Translations under genes and position numbers: made by a program
The notes under the pieces: generated by a model
What the model saw: only the letters and a program-made list of their open reading frames with translations
Databases searched by the model: none
Told to the model about the DNA's origin: nothing
DNA from: Craspedostauros australis
Taxonomy: Eukaryota
Direction: 5' to 3'
NCBI GenBank assembly: GCA_030167865.1
Contig: JALAGF010005306.1
Location: 1 to 42,813, forward strand
DNA: 42,813 nucleotides
Shown here: positions 1 through 14,600 of the stretch, piece by piece
Layout: each line of letters starts with the position of its first letter
Numbering within the stretch: position 1 is the first letter of the stretch

Positions 1-469
1 AATATGCCAGGAGATGACACAGACAGCGACGAAATGAGGGTTGGACACAACCATGGTGCCAACTACGATGGTCTCGCATTAACTCGACAATCTCTAAGCG
101 CATATTATCAGGGTCCGTCGGGTGTGCTTCTTTTTATTCGACCAGAACTTGATTGTGTGGTTTTATATTTCCCCCGCAGCTTCTGAGGGTGTCTGAACGA
201 CAAAAACAGAGCGTGCCGTGCCTGTGTTCGGGCTGAATCCTTTCCGGTCGGAGTAGTACCACATTGTGTCTAGATCGTAGTCGTAATGGACCCCGACGTA
301 GTCCACGCCGGCTTGCATTGCTTTACTTTTACTCTGCTATTTCGCTTCAATGTTACTTTGCTTTACTTTTCCTTACTTTATTCTACCATACATACTCATC
401 ACATACTCGTCACGTACAATGCTCGTGCCATACATGTGCGCATGCACTCGGCACGTCTATCTTGTCGCG

Positions 470-2424
470 CTACACTCCAGCATACCATTGCAGATCTCTC
501 TCGTTCCGCCCGCGCCGTTGATGAGATTTCTTCTTCCATTGCTTCGCCTTGTGCCGGCTCTGGACTGTGTCCACCATCTCCAGTTCTTTGGGAAGATCCC
601 ATAGCTGTGCCAATTGTCGCGCCATCGCCTTGGCCTTGGAGCGTTCCCCCTCGAAGACTCCGAGGCTCATTGCAGGCAGATCGTGGATGCAAGACGATGA
701 CAGCGACTCAAGGAATGAGGCTGCGTCGCCATCTGCATCGATTGCAGTTCCTCCTGTTTGCTCAACCCCGCCGTCGCCACCATCATTGCCCTGTTCGCCA
801 GAGCGTTGCAATCCATCCAATTCCGACGTCTTCACGGACGACAGCGTCATGCAGTTGTCTTCCACGTAATCCGCTCTCAACTCCATCTCGCTGCCGTGCG
901 CCGCCAACAGCACCTGCGCCTTGCGTTCGGTCAGCGCATCATCTGGCAGTCGCAGCGGCGAAAGATCGACAATGAGGCTGTCCAACGGGCGTCCGCCACT
1001 GGCCTTGCACAGCACGATCTGGGGTTTGGCGTTTTCGTCACACCATTGCCGGTGCGTGTTGGCCAACGCGCAGGCCTTGCGCCCGCGCCGATATCCTGTG
1101 CCTGGCAGCGTGACGAATCCCTTGCGTGAAGCGCGGTAGAATTCCTGCAGATCGCCGTTGACCAAATTGCGTATCGGGAACAGAGATTTCCCGCTGTTGC
1201 GTTGTTGTTGCTGCTGCTTCCTCTTTTGCTTTTGTGTCTGCTTGTGCTTTTGCTTCTGCGACTTGGATTTTCTCCTCGGTTCATCATTCGCCTTGCTGGA
1301 TTGCTTCTGGTTCTCCTGGTGGAGCTGATCGGTGGCGGATGCGTCCGACGATGAAGACTGCCGTCGGAAGTTTGGGTCTCTTGACCGTCTCATCGTATTG
1401 ACTTGTCCGTTGCGCGTTGGCTTGGCCTCGCCGCTGACATAGCTCACGATGCGTTCCGGCACGCGCACCCGTCCCATCTTGGGATGGTCGCGGATTTCTT
1501 CCACCTTGATGGACTTACCCTGCCATTCGGAGCCATGGAATCGCACTATGGCTGCCTGTTGTTTGTTCGACGCATACGTTGGTTTGATTTCATGGATTTA
1601 ATTCCGTCCGGACGGGAGAATTGGGGAAGAGTATCCGCACAGTGTGTTTGTATGAACAGACGAACACGCATGGGCATCGCAAAAGGGGGTTTGCGCGTTT
1701 GGAGAGTTCATGATCATCACAGACCAGCATGGATTTTGGAAGATGAACGGATGTACAATAGCGCAATGGAAACATGGAATGTGAGGATCTGACAGCGTTG
1801 CAAATACCGAAACTGTGCTTCAAGCTGCGCAATGCCATGTCGCAAAGCAACTCGACATTCTCAAATCATGGATGCACGCAGTTGCAGTGGCACATGCATC
1901 GCTTGACATTTGCAGATGGACAGACGAAGACCAACGATATCGATGATGCCACATACTTCTTTCTCCTTGATGTTGGGGAATGCCACGAAGCCGTAGCCCA
2001 GGGATTCGTAGTTGGCCTTGCGCACCACGCATGCGGGGACGGATTGCAGCACGCTGACAGCTTGGAAGTATTGCGACAGATCCTCATCTTTCACGAATTC
2101 GTTGAGATTGCCAACGAATATTGTGGTGTCGACCATGCTATCAGGCAGCGGGACCATCTCATAGCGTATACCGCCCACCAATTCTTCCAGAAAGTCCGGA
2201 TCACGGAGATTGGCTATGTGGAGTTGTGTGGAGGTTGATGTTGATCTCACCGTCGGTGCAAATGTCGTTGCAGAGGTCGACTTTCGCATTGCATGCGCGT
2301 GGTGACGGTCGTCGCCATTGCTGCTCTGTCGGAAAGCCGTAGGGAATGGCTGATGCTGAAATGCCAATGCACCCAACATGCTGCTGACGAAAACGCAGCA
2401 GAGAAGTCCGGAACGATTCATCAT
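470..2424 (-). CDS. RRM RNA-binding protein with probable bipartite plastid-targeting presequence; 2 exons (2424-1957, 1555-470), about 517 aa
   Basis: RNP2 IFVGNL and RNP1-like GYGFVAF in ORF 1861..2454. A GTATGT...AACAG intron (1956-1556, phase 0) joins 'IKEKE' to 'AAIVRFHGSEWQGKSIKVEE', completing the RRM. The N-terminus MMNRSGLLCCVFVSSMLGALA-FQH is a signal peptide with F at +1. Confidence 0.85.
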
Positions 2425-3822
2425 GGTTGTTGGATGTGATGGTGTTGAAGCCAATGGAAATGCCGGCGAGGATACTCAGCTATGTACGTATAATACAAAT
2501 GACTGAGTGTGTTGTACTACTCGTGGTATGATGGCAGACCAGCACTTTCCAAGACAGGACTGTGCGCCGACCAATCGTACTCGTATCTGTGTCTCACTTT
2601 CTCGCACCAATGGATTTCTGCCAACGAAGTTGGAAGCAATGCCGCAAGTCGCAAGCCACGAGACTTGTTGTTGCCGTTGCTGTTGGAATTGTTCCTTGGC
2701 GTATCCAGTTCCGCGTACAGTCTTTGGTGCTTCCAACGGTTTTGACAGTTGCGGATGAGCAGCGATTCTTTCTGCTGGTTGTCTTGGATGCGATGCGGAC
2801 GTCGAATGGCGATTCCGCAGAGTATGGTATTATATGTGCTTGTACTGAAGAGTATTGTGTATCTCTCCGCTATGTTCTGCGATGATCCGCAATGGAGGAT
2901 GCGTTGGCTTGAACTTGTGTCTTCCGATCTTTGTTACGCATGCATTTGCGCTTGGGGGTTGGGATCAGTGCTGGTCGCTTCCGATGAGATCTCCCGAGCA
3001 AAACGACAGGAAACCAGAAAAAGGTCAACGGCAGTGCGCAGGAAGGAGATTCTATTGGGATGAAGGTGCGAGCACAGACACCCCTCCCTTCGTTGACTTT
3101 GGTTGAAGCTTGAGGTGATTTTGTGCCACGATGAATGGAAGCATCGATGAGATGAAGGGAATGTGAGTGGCGGGATCAATGTCACAGAGAGTGACAATCG
3201 AATCGACGACAGAGATTCGTCAAATGTGACGCCAGTGACGGTGATGATCGTCGCGACAGACAGTCTGTCATTGTTGATGAGAATTAGCAGAACGTTCGCA
3301 AATCCGAAAAGAAGGACGAAAGCATCACTTTGATTGGTCGAACCGGACCGGCCACCTGTTTTCACAATCCACTCCATGAATCTTGTTCTGGTTCCAATGA
3401 TGATGTTCTGGTTGATCTCTATTGATGTTGACGTCGCTGTTGGAGTTGCTGATGATGATGTTGGTGGCCAACAGAACAGTTCTGTATAATAGTAGAACAT
3501 CAACTGTGTTGTCAGGTATAGCTAGTAGAACATCGGCATTGCGAGACAGGATGGATGATGCAAAAGGTCGAGAGCCGTACCAGCCCGTGCAGCTCCGATA
3601 ACAGAGACACAAGAGTTGGTCGAAAGAGGAAAGGAGCAATGACAACCTGTTTATCTTCCCAAAGCATAAAGGCGGAACATAGGTGATGAGTGTGCAAGTG
3701 TGGCATGGGTTTGATTTGGTGGTACTTGATGTTTAGTCAAATTAATTTACTCGTCGAGTGTGGGTCTGGGCAGATGTCGGCAAAGCTAAGAGTGCAAGCG
3801 GTCACGATGTCGCAAGCTGTAC

Positions 3823-5382
<1,560 letters not shown>

Positions 5383-6687
5383 GATTGCTTGTTGGGTGGT
5401 GGTGGTGTTGGTAGTGTTGATTGCTTGTTCCGTTTCAGTTTGACTGATTTGGTTTTTGTGTGAAGTGAGGATGGAGGAAACTGAGGATGTCAAGATCTTC
5501 GCCGTTTCTCTGGTATGTTTGCGTTGTTTCACGCGTGCTTCTCTCTGTTTCCTTCTTTGCTTGTGCCGTTTTCACGCTCACGCTCGCACAACAGTGGGCG
5601 GAGCGTGTTGCCTCCTCTTCCTTTTTCACTCGTGATGTTGTGCCGAAGCACTGCATGAGCAAGTGTCTGAACATCTCCAAAGTCATGGGCGTGTTTCCAC
5701 GCACGACCTCTTTGTTCGTGGGCGAAATCGAAGCCAGCGGAGTTCTTTTCGCCTCCCCAGTACTCAGCACGTAGGATTTTAACGTGTATGTTCTTCCACG
5801 ACATCATTTTCGGGACAGAGTCCCGCCAAACGTTCAAAAAAGCGTCAGTCATAATTCGCGTTCCCGTAACGTCTTTTCTCAACTCCTCGCTGAATCTATC
5901 GTTCGGGCGAGTCATCCATCTGTTCCACATCAACGACCAAAGCGACTTCGAAAGATCATTCCTGGGACTCAATCATTCACTCACGAATTCGCTTTGTGGC
6001 CGCGGAAGCGTTCCATCTTCGCCGCCATCTGTTGGACACAACGTTGCGTTGGATGGAGGGGAATGGCCAATCCCCACTTTGCGGAAAATGTCGCTCGTCA
6101 CTGACATCATCGGCGCAGTTGCATCCCTTCTCTGCCTGCCCCTTGACAGGTCTCCAACAGCTCAAACAGTTTCGAAAGCTCTCTGGAGGGGAAGGAGACA
6201 GGATCTGGAACCAGCTCCAAAACGAAGCGGACGCACATCAGAACGGTGAAGCCCCGTTGTTGTTCGTGGTCATCAAGGTTGTGCACCACCTCCAAATCCA
6301 GCTCTTTCACATTCATTGGCACTTCGAATCCGCTGCGAGAGGATCTCTCTCTCTCTCGCTGACAACCATCACACCACGCTGACTGCTTGGTTGGACGAAC
6401 AGTTCGCAACGCTGATTGATCGTCTCAACCACTGCGCTAACGGAGCACAAGTGCCCATCGCTCGTGCGTCGCAAGATCCAACACAAGGCACGCAATTGCA
6501 TGGAGTCAGCGCTCAGTGCGACACAAAAGATTACGCACAACGCATTTGAGTTCAGTTGAACTCAGTTGAGAGGGGAAGCCAAAGCCAGCCTCCATCGGCA
6601 TCACCATAATCGGACCAGCAACGATCCCCAAGACGACAACCACAACCACAACCACAGCAGCAGATTCGCACTGAAACGCCAGCCACC

Positions 6688-9022
6688 ATGAATGAGAGGA
6701 CCATATTGCTGGCTGGCGATGACCGTAAATACGGGGTGAGTTCGATTCGAGAACTCTCTGCTATACATATATATAGAGAGAGTATGCATGGCGCAGCACT
6801 GTGGAACGTGACACGTGGAACGCGTACTTGTCGAGAGATATGATACTGTGCGCAGTCGCTGTCGGAAGCAACGACGAGAGACTGGTGATGTTTGATGGCA
6901 TCATTGGGCTCCTTCCGCAGTCGGTATTGGCATAGTCACTGCAAAAGTCCTTGTTTCCCGTTCGTTGTGATTGCAGTTGCAGCTATTGTAGAATACATGC
7001 TTATGTACACAGTGTACCTCCATCTAACACTCCCGTCCGAACATCAATGTGCAACAATACTGGCGGTCAACATTCGGCATCTTGCGCCCGCTCAAATCGC
7101 CCATGCTCTTTTTTCCCGCATCGATCCATCACCTCCTTCAATAGGCGGAAGCGGCCAAGGTCGGACGCAGCGTGTCCATTGGCGCACTGGGAGGATCTTC
7201 CAGCTTCGGATCCTTCCAACTCAGGCAAGCGATCGACGTCCCAGGACTGCCGAGATCCTACAGCGTGAGCGCGGATGGGTCGCCATCCTACCTTACCCCA
7301 ACGCAGTTGGGACAGCAAGAGCTGTACACGCAGGTTCCCTTCACGGCCGTATTTGGTATGCAACGACGTGAGAGAAACGTCCGCCAAGCCTTTGCGGAGT
7401 ACGCAGCAGACTTGGACATCGCCAGCCAGGATGGCTTGTCGGAGGACGAGCAGAAGATGCGACGGTCGCACACGAGCCTCACCATTCTCGATGAGCTCGA
7501 ATTCGATGCCAACGTCGTCACCACTCCCCTCGTGTTCGCCATCATCGTCGCCGCCTCCTCCCAGTTCCTGGTTGGGTACAACACAGGCGTCATGAACGCA
7601 CCCGAGAAAGTCGTCTTCCCTGGCCACACGACAGGCATGTGGTCGTTGGCAGTCGCCGCGTTTGCCATCGGTGGTCCATTCGGTGCCGTCGCTGGTGGAA
7701 GGCTCGCGGACTCCCGCGGCCGACGCGGCGCCTTGCTCATCGATACCTGGACGTTCCTGTTGGGTGGTCTGCTCCAAACGTTCGCACCTGACATGTACAC
7801 CATCATCATCTCCAGATTGATCATCGGCTTTGCAAGCGGATTCTCATCGGTGCTCGTCCCAATCTATCTCGGAGAATTGGCACCACCGACGTTGCGTGGC
7901 ATGCTGGGAACATTGACGCAATTCGCCTTGGTCATCGGAATCTTCGTTGCCAATCTTTTCGCGTTCCCATTCGCAACCGAGGAGTCATGGAGAATCCTCT
8001 TCTCCGTCACGGTAATCACTACGATCATCCAGTTGCTCTGCGCGCCTTTGTTGCTGGAAAGTCCGCGCTGGTTGCTGGCCCGGGACCCCAGCTCGCTGCG
8101 TGCCAGGTACATCATCAAGAGGTTGCGTGGATTGCGCAATGACCAGGACGTGGAAAGGGAGCTCGGGCACTACCTCATTGGAGGTGCTGCCCAAAAGCAA
8201 GAAGAGACTTCGCAGAGTGCTGTGTTCGGAGAAATGCTGAACCATCGCAAGCTCAGGGCCCTCTTCATTTCGAGCCTCGTCTTGCAGATGGGACAGCAGC
8301 TGTCTGGTATCAACGCGGTGTTCTACTACTCTACATCCTTCTTCGACGGTGTCATCGACAATCCGCTCGTTGGAACGACGATGGTCGGCGGTGTGAATGT
8401 GCTTGCCACGTACGTCGCCTTGCTTCTCATGGACTCGCACGGGCGCAAGACGTTGATCCTTTGGTCGTCCGGTGGCATGTTCATTTCCTGTGTTGTCATC
8501 GTCCTTTCGCTGCAGGGCATCTTGAACAACATGATGGCGCTCGTTGCCGTGAACGGCTTCGTGATGTTCTTCGAGATCGGTCTCGGGCCCATCCCGTGGT
8601 TGATCGTCGCCGAAATGTTCGAAGGAAAGTACGTGGCAGTCGCCATGTCAGCGTGCAGTCAGCTGAACTGGGCTTGCAACTTCATCGTCGGGTTGGTATT
8701 CCCGTACATGAATGAATACCTCGGAGCATTCTCGTTTGGCCCATTCGCGTTGGTGCTGGCATGCACCTTTGCCTACACTGTCTTCGTCCTGCCGGAGACG
8801 CAAGGCACAACCCCGGACGAACTGATCGCCGAGATGACACGACGCAACTCGCGAAGCATGATCTATCAAGTGAACGAGGACGAGGCGGGCGCTGTGGATC
8901 TGGAATGGCGCAAGGCCATGGAGCAGCTGATCGAGGAAGAGGAGGGTCAGATGCAGGCCGGAACGTACAACTACGGCTTCGAACCAATCAACAAGAAAAA
9001 GACGACAGACCAAGCACAATAG
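6688..9022 (+). CDS. MFS sugar porter (GLUT/SLC2A-like hexose transporter); exons 6688-6735 and 7145-9022, about 641 aa
   Basis: Motifs [56 protein letters not shown] and PETQG, with about 12 hydrophobic segments. An in-frame TAG at 7142-7144 serves as the splice acceptor. The upstream exon GCCACCATG...TACGGG|GTGAGT is in phase 0. Confidence 0.93.
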
Positions 9023-9366
9023 GCTACTTGCACGTTTGGGCACTAGCACAACGCCATAGAAATTAACGTGCGCCAATTGCGACCTGCGGGTGCACATAAT
9101 AACACTATTCGAATAGGCTCACGAGCGATTCGCCCAAACTACTTTGCCTTGGCATACTAATACTCGTACGAGTTGGAGCGTGATCCAACACAAATGCAAA
9201 GCGCTCGTGTAGACATTGACAGTCGCATAGTCGTACGAACATACCAGCACACAGAAGAGGAAGATTCTCGTGCTTTGGAGCATTTCTCTCTTGCTCGTAC
9301 TCTGTAGAGAGCAGCTTGCCAGCAAGTACACGCTTCGACGTGCTGTCTTCTTTTTCGCACTGTGAT

Positions 9367-10296
9367 TCACCAACGCGTCCTTGACTTCTTGGATGCAACG
9401 TTTGCCTTTGTCTTTGATCGCGTCATCCGTTGCGTTGGTGCGCTAGTCTTGTTGCCATTGTCGCCATCATCGTTGTCGCCATCGCCATCGCCATCACCGC
9501 CTGTCTTGTCACAGATGGACAATCCATCCAAGAGCTCATCTTCACCTTCCTTCTCGCATTGATCAAACATGGCATCTTCCAGTAGCCGCAGCTTTGCGCG
9601 ATTCGCCAATGAATTTCCAGGCAGGTACGGCAAGGCCATCAGCAGTTCGATCAAGTCCAACGGACTCGATGCCGTCGACAAAACAGATCGACGACAGGCT
9701 TCGGCAACGTCATCGTCGATGTTCACACGTTCCTCCAGCTCCGTGTCCTTCACGTGAACCAATGCGGTTGCCAATACCTTGCAAGCATGCGTCGTGGGCG
9801 TTGGGACGAGATTGCATATGTACGAATCCTTTTGCAATCGTTGCAACATCTTGACGCGTATGCGCTCTTCCACTTTGCGCCGCTGCTTCTCGGCCTTGCG
9901 TTCAGCAGGAGACAGCTGCTGCGTAGATGCATCCCCAGTAGCATCGGCATTGGCATTCATTTCTGCTTTGGTCCGAAATCGAGCTCGGGCCGACAAAATG
10001 AACTGCAGCGATCCATTCTTGGAATCATCCTCGGACATCCACTTCCAGACGCACTCCGAGCGCAGAGTGAGCACGACGTGGACACCCTGAATTTCCAGCT
10101 CTCCCTTCATGCTGTGGGTTGGTTCGAAAGGAAGATCCGTGGCATCCGTCGAAGAGGCAGGAACGTCATCATGGCTCGTCCAAGACAGCGACCAGTCTTG
10201 AATCTGTCGGCGTTGGATCGGATCTGGCTTGTATTCATCGAGGTATTCGGCAACAGCCTGCTCGAATTGCTCGCATGCGAGCGATTGATGCTGCAT
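9367..10296 (-). CDS. Hypothetical protein, 309 aa, with an acidic then basic C-terminal tail (possible NLS)
   Basis: Single ATG-initiated ORF with protein-like composition, filling the gap between the sugar porter and exportin-5. I recognise no domain. Confidence 0.7.
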   Translation of the reverse strand: MQHQSLACEQFEQAVAEYLDEYKPDPIQRRQIQDWSLSWTSHDDVPASSTDATDLPFEPTHSMKGELEIQGVHVVLTLRSECVWKWMSEDDSKNGSLQFILSARARFRTKAEMNANADATGDASTQQLSPAERKAEKQRRKVEERIRVKMLQRLQKDSYICNLVPTPTTHACKVLATALVHVKDTELEERVNIDDDVAEACRRSVLSTASSPLDLIELLMALPYLPGNSLANRAKLRLLEDAMFDQCEKEGEDELLDGLSICDKTGGDGDGDGDNDDGDNGNKTSAPTQRMTRSKTKANVASKKSRTRW

Positions 10297-11647
10297 GGCC
10301 GTATCGTCTTGCGGGATGGCTTGTTGCCTGCACTAGTCGTACAGTACAGTGAAATAGTGGAGTAGGGTGGAGTAGGTTGGAGTGGCACAGAGTCGGATTG
10401 TTGACCTTGCGTTCAGTCGAAAAGTGCTCAACGGGTGCTGCGAATCTTGTTGTGGGTGATGAAGCTGGTTCAATCCACGGTGCCAGTGCGCTGTCCTTCC
10501 TCTTTCAGCCCTCTCTGGAATGCTCTTCTCCAGGACGGTACTCGTATTAGTACACTTGTGTTGGATGCTCCCTTTCGGCGTTCTCCTCATCTCAACATGA
10601 TGCAGGTCGTGTTGCCCCTCTCCCCATCATCGACATTGGTGTCGTTTCTGTTCTGTCGTGTGCATTTCAAGTCGTGCTTGTTGGTTTCGGTTGTGTGTCA
10701 TTTGATCCCTTCGATTGCAATAGCGAACGCTGAGCCAAACACAACCACAAAAAGGCATCAACGACATGTCTCCACGCAAATTTGAAATTGCGTGGTGTGT
10801 GGTGGTTGCGAGGAATTCGGATGCGGAGGCAAAAAGAGATCTCTGGTTGGGAATTGGTGGACAGATTTGGATGGATGAGGAGAGTGGTTGCCGCGACTGT
10901 CGGCATGCCACATTGTGTTCTGGTCAAGTGTCAGAGTCCTCTGCTTCTGGTTGCTGTTGACACTTCATCTCTCCCCGAGAGATCGCCTTGCACAACGCAA
11001 CCATCAGGGTCGAGAGCTTCATCCCAGAGAGATCAGGTCCGAGCCAAGGATCGAAGCGCGGGTGCAATTAGGGGTACGGGTACATACTCCTGAGCAGAGT
11101 TGAACCGAGCTGAGCAAACCAGAGCGAAACACCCTCACAAATAGTATAATACCACACACACCTGCAAGCACAAGCTAATACACTTGGAGCAGAACACTGC
11201 ATGCTCCAGAGGCAAGCACGATCCGAAACACATCACGCTGCATCAACGAGTGCAGGTTTGGAACCGGAGAGGAGGAAGCGCTTCAATTGAGGAACGAAAG
11301 ATCGAAGAGGAATCAGAGCACTCGACCACGCCATCCATCAACTTGCTGGGTCGTTCTCAAACATCAAGCGACGATCAATTGGTCCAGCTATTAAGCTATT
11401 CTGTTTATTATTCACGTGAGAGGACAACGCAGATCGCGACGAATAATACTGGCTATTTATCACATTGACAACCAGGACATCACAGCAAGCAAAGTGATCG
11501 GTGAAGGAGCAGTACGGGGCGAGTTTCAAAGCACACGTAAGATCCTCGTCTCTCCTTTGAGGTCGGTGCCTGTACGGGTACTCTACCAGATTCAGCATCG
11601 CCGTTGCTTCCGAAACTGCTGACAATATCGGTTTCATCGCAGGCGTC

Positions 11648-14600
11648 ATGGATGCAAACCAACAGGAGACGGTCCTGCGAGCGATTGCCATCTCGTCGTC
11701 TGCCACGTTGGGTGGCCACATCATCTCGCCCCAGGACCGCCAGAACGCATTCTCCGTGCTCGCGGACTTCAAGAAGTACGATGGCAGGGTGCCGATCTCG
11801 CTGGCCTGGCTCCAGCAGGACAAGCACCATCTCAACAACAATCTGGACATCACCATCCAGATCAAGCTCTTTGCCTTGGAGATAGTACAAGATCTGCTGC
11901 AATCGTCCTACCGGAAGTTGCCCGAGCAGGATCGATTATCCATCCGTCAGGCCGTTCTCATGTCCGCCAGACAGCACGCCGCGCTACCCAGCGGCCATGG
12001 CGAAGGCCGTATCCTTTCCAACAAAATCGCATCGCTGCTTGCGGCGTTCATCATTCGGGAGTTCCCCCAGCGTTGGACGGGCTTGATGGACGACCTCTTC
12101 GTCCCCATCCAGCAGGGTGGTCTGTGGTACAACGTCAACAACCCCGACGACCCGCCAACTTGCCTGGGCGTCAAGATATGCCTCGAATCGCTGCGGTTAG
12201 TTGCGGAGGATTGCACTGATAGCGACTTCAATTCAAGAGTACGTCACACGCACTAACAGAGCCTTTGCGACAATGATCGCCATCCAAAATGGATCAGCTG
12301 TCCATTCGCAATCGTACCAATATCGCTCTTCTATTGTGCTTTGCTTTCCCTTCCCACTCGTTCTCGCGGAATTCTCACACAGCCAACTATATTTCGCGTA
12401 ATTATTCGCCGTTTGCCCACTCTCCATTCGTGCAACGCCAATGCCATGCGATGCCATGCCATGTTGAGTGCAGATCTCGACCACGAGACGGAACGATATT
12501 CTGATCGGACTGAACGAGGTGTCGACTCGGTTCCTCCCCTTGCTGTTTCGATTACTTGAGCACATTACCATCATCTCGCAATCCAAAGCATCACTGCACC
12601 AGATGCATCTGTTTCTGTTGTCTAACCAGCAAACAGTCAGGACCATGACACCTGAGCAATCCACCGCGTACAGATCTGAATCGGAACGATTACTACACAC
12701 CAGTCAGCTCGTTGCGGATACGCTTGGAACGTTTGACAAGTTTTGCCGAAGCATGCCGTTGGATTGGATCATCTCGCCGCAGCAGGATGTCACCGCTGCC
12801 TTCCTTCATCTCATCCGGGAGCCATCGGCGGGAATTCAGATCCTCGCCTTGGAGTGCCTCGAACGATTGTGTCAGCGAGGGAAGTTCGAATTTGCGCAAT
12901 GGATGCGTCTCGTTCAGGAGTTACCCGATGCCATATCTCAGGCCGAACAGCAGTTCGTGACGGAGCAGGAGTACGCGGCTGCCAAAGCATCGGCGACGGG
13001 CGAAGCCAATCCGTTGCAGGACCCGCTGTCAGCACAGCTCAAATACCACAGGTCGCTTTCGAGGCTGCTTGCTACTGTCGTCAATTCTCACATCTCCCAC
13101 ACGGTCCACAAAAAGACTCTCGATGCCACTAAGCCAGAATCTGCCAGCCTGTCGCGCTTCCTGCGGCTGCTGGTCGATATGCTGCAGCATCCGTCAGGCA
13201 GAGTGCTGGGGGAACAGATCAACATGTGGGTGTGCCTGCTGCGGGATCCCCAGATCAGCAGAGGTCGGCTGCTGGTGCCGTTTCTGCAGGATGTCCTCGC
13301 GGGTTATCTAAACATGATGGTCCGGATCCGATGGGATGATGTCAACGAACAAATCCATCCGCATGCTGACCTCATGGAGGCGAGCTGGGATGACGAGGAG
13401 GACTACGACGCCTGGATTAGCGACATGCGGTCACGGGCCAGCCAGCTGTTCCGATTTCTGGGCCATGCCGCACCAAATACAGCATGCAGAGTGATCAATG
13501 CTCGCATGCAGTCCCTAATCTCGAGCCACGGAAATGGGCAGCCGCTCGACAACTTGGATCCGCGCAACCAGCAGGTCACCCCAGAAAGCGAAGCCGTGCG
13601 GCAGTTCGAGGGTCTCGTCCAGCCGTTGGAGAACACATTACATGGCATTCCCGTGTGGGCACTCGACAAGAACAAGACAATGGACAAGATCGATCGGCAG
13701 AACAAGCGGCATGAAATCCGAGAGCAGACCATGAATTCGATGAACGAATTGGTGCAGGCCGTCTTGCAGTGGAATCCGAATTATCTGTGGTTGAAGTTCC
13801 GACGAGCACAGATCCTGGAGGCGCTGAAGCATTTCTGGAAGTACGAGCCGTCAACGCTGTTGCAAGGCATCGAGGTCCTGATGATGTACCTGCGTGCACC
13901 TGACGACTGGGGATTGCAACAGGTCGAGGCCGATGGCAGTCGACGGATGAGCGGCGAGATCGTGAGTCTGCGGAAGAAGAGCAGCTCAGCTCTCGTTTCC
14001 GTCGCCAAACGTGTTCCCAATCACCTGGTCCCATGGCTGTCTCAGCTAAGCGAGGCAACGAAGTCCCTGCTGTCGCTGCCATCATCCGAACTCATCCCGA
14101 CCAACAGGATGCACCTGTACGAATTCCTTTCATGCGTCGCAACCGCAGTCGAAGATCCTTTGCAACGATCCACGTTCGTCGCCAATGTTCTGGCCGATGC
14201 GATTGGAACGATGGAATCCGCCGAAGTGCAGCAGTCCATATCATCCGTCGGTGCCTTCATGGAATCGCTGGGGATTGCCGGCGCGGCATCGATGCCTGGA
14301 AGCGTAACGGACGCCGCCAACGTGAAGAATGTCACGGCACGGTTCCAACGGTTCTACTCGGCGTACAACCAGCTGCTCTCTGTTGGCAAACGATGCCATG
14401 AGGCAGCGAAGAAGCGCCCAAATGGCGGCATACCAATGCAGGCGTTCCCATCGATCTCGTCTGCAGATCCCAACCTCCAGAACTTCCCAGACGAAGGCCC
14501 CATCAGCATCAGAGATTTGGCAGTGGATGATCCGTTCACGCCCTTGTGGCCAAGGATATTGCCGCATGTGCTGAGAGTCGTCGATGTTGCCTTTCGCTTG

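Noticed and set aside
1..300. 60-aa ORF and a possible short intron (about 113-179) at the window start
   Set aside because: No recognisable product and the upstream context is missing, so it cannot be supported.
5435..6549. Multiple 60-150-aa ORFs, and possible heat-shock elements, upstream of polyubiquitin
   Set aside because: No coding motifs, and the region is best explained as the divergent ubiquitin/sugar-porter promoter. I found no clean triple nGAAn array.
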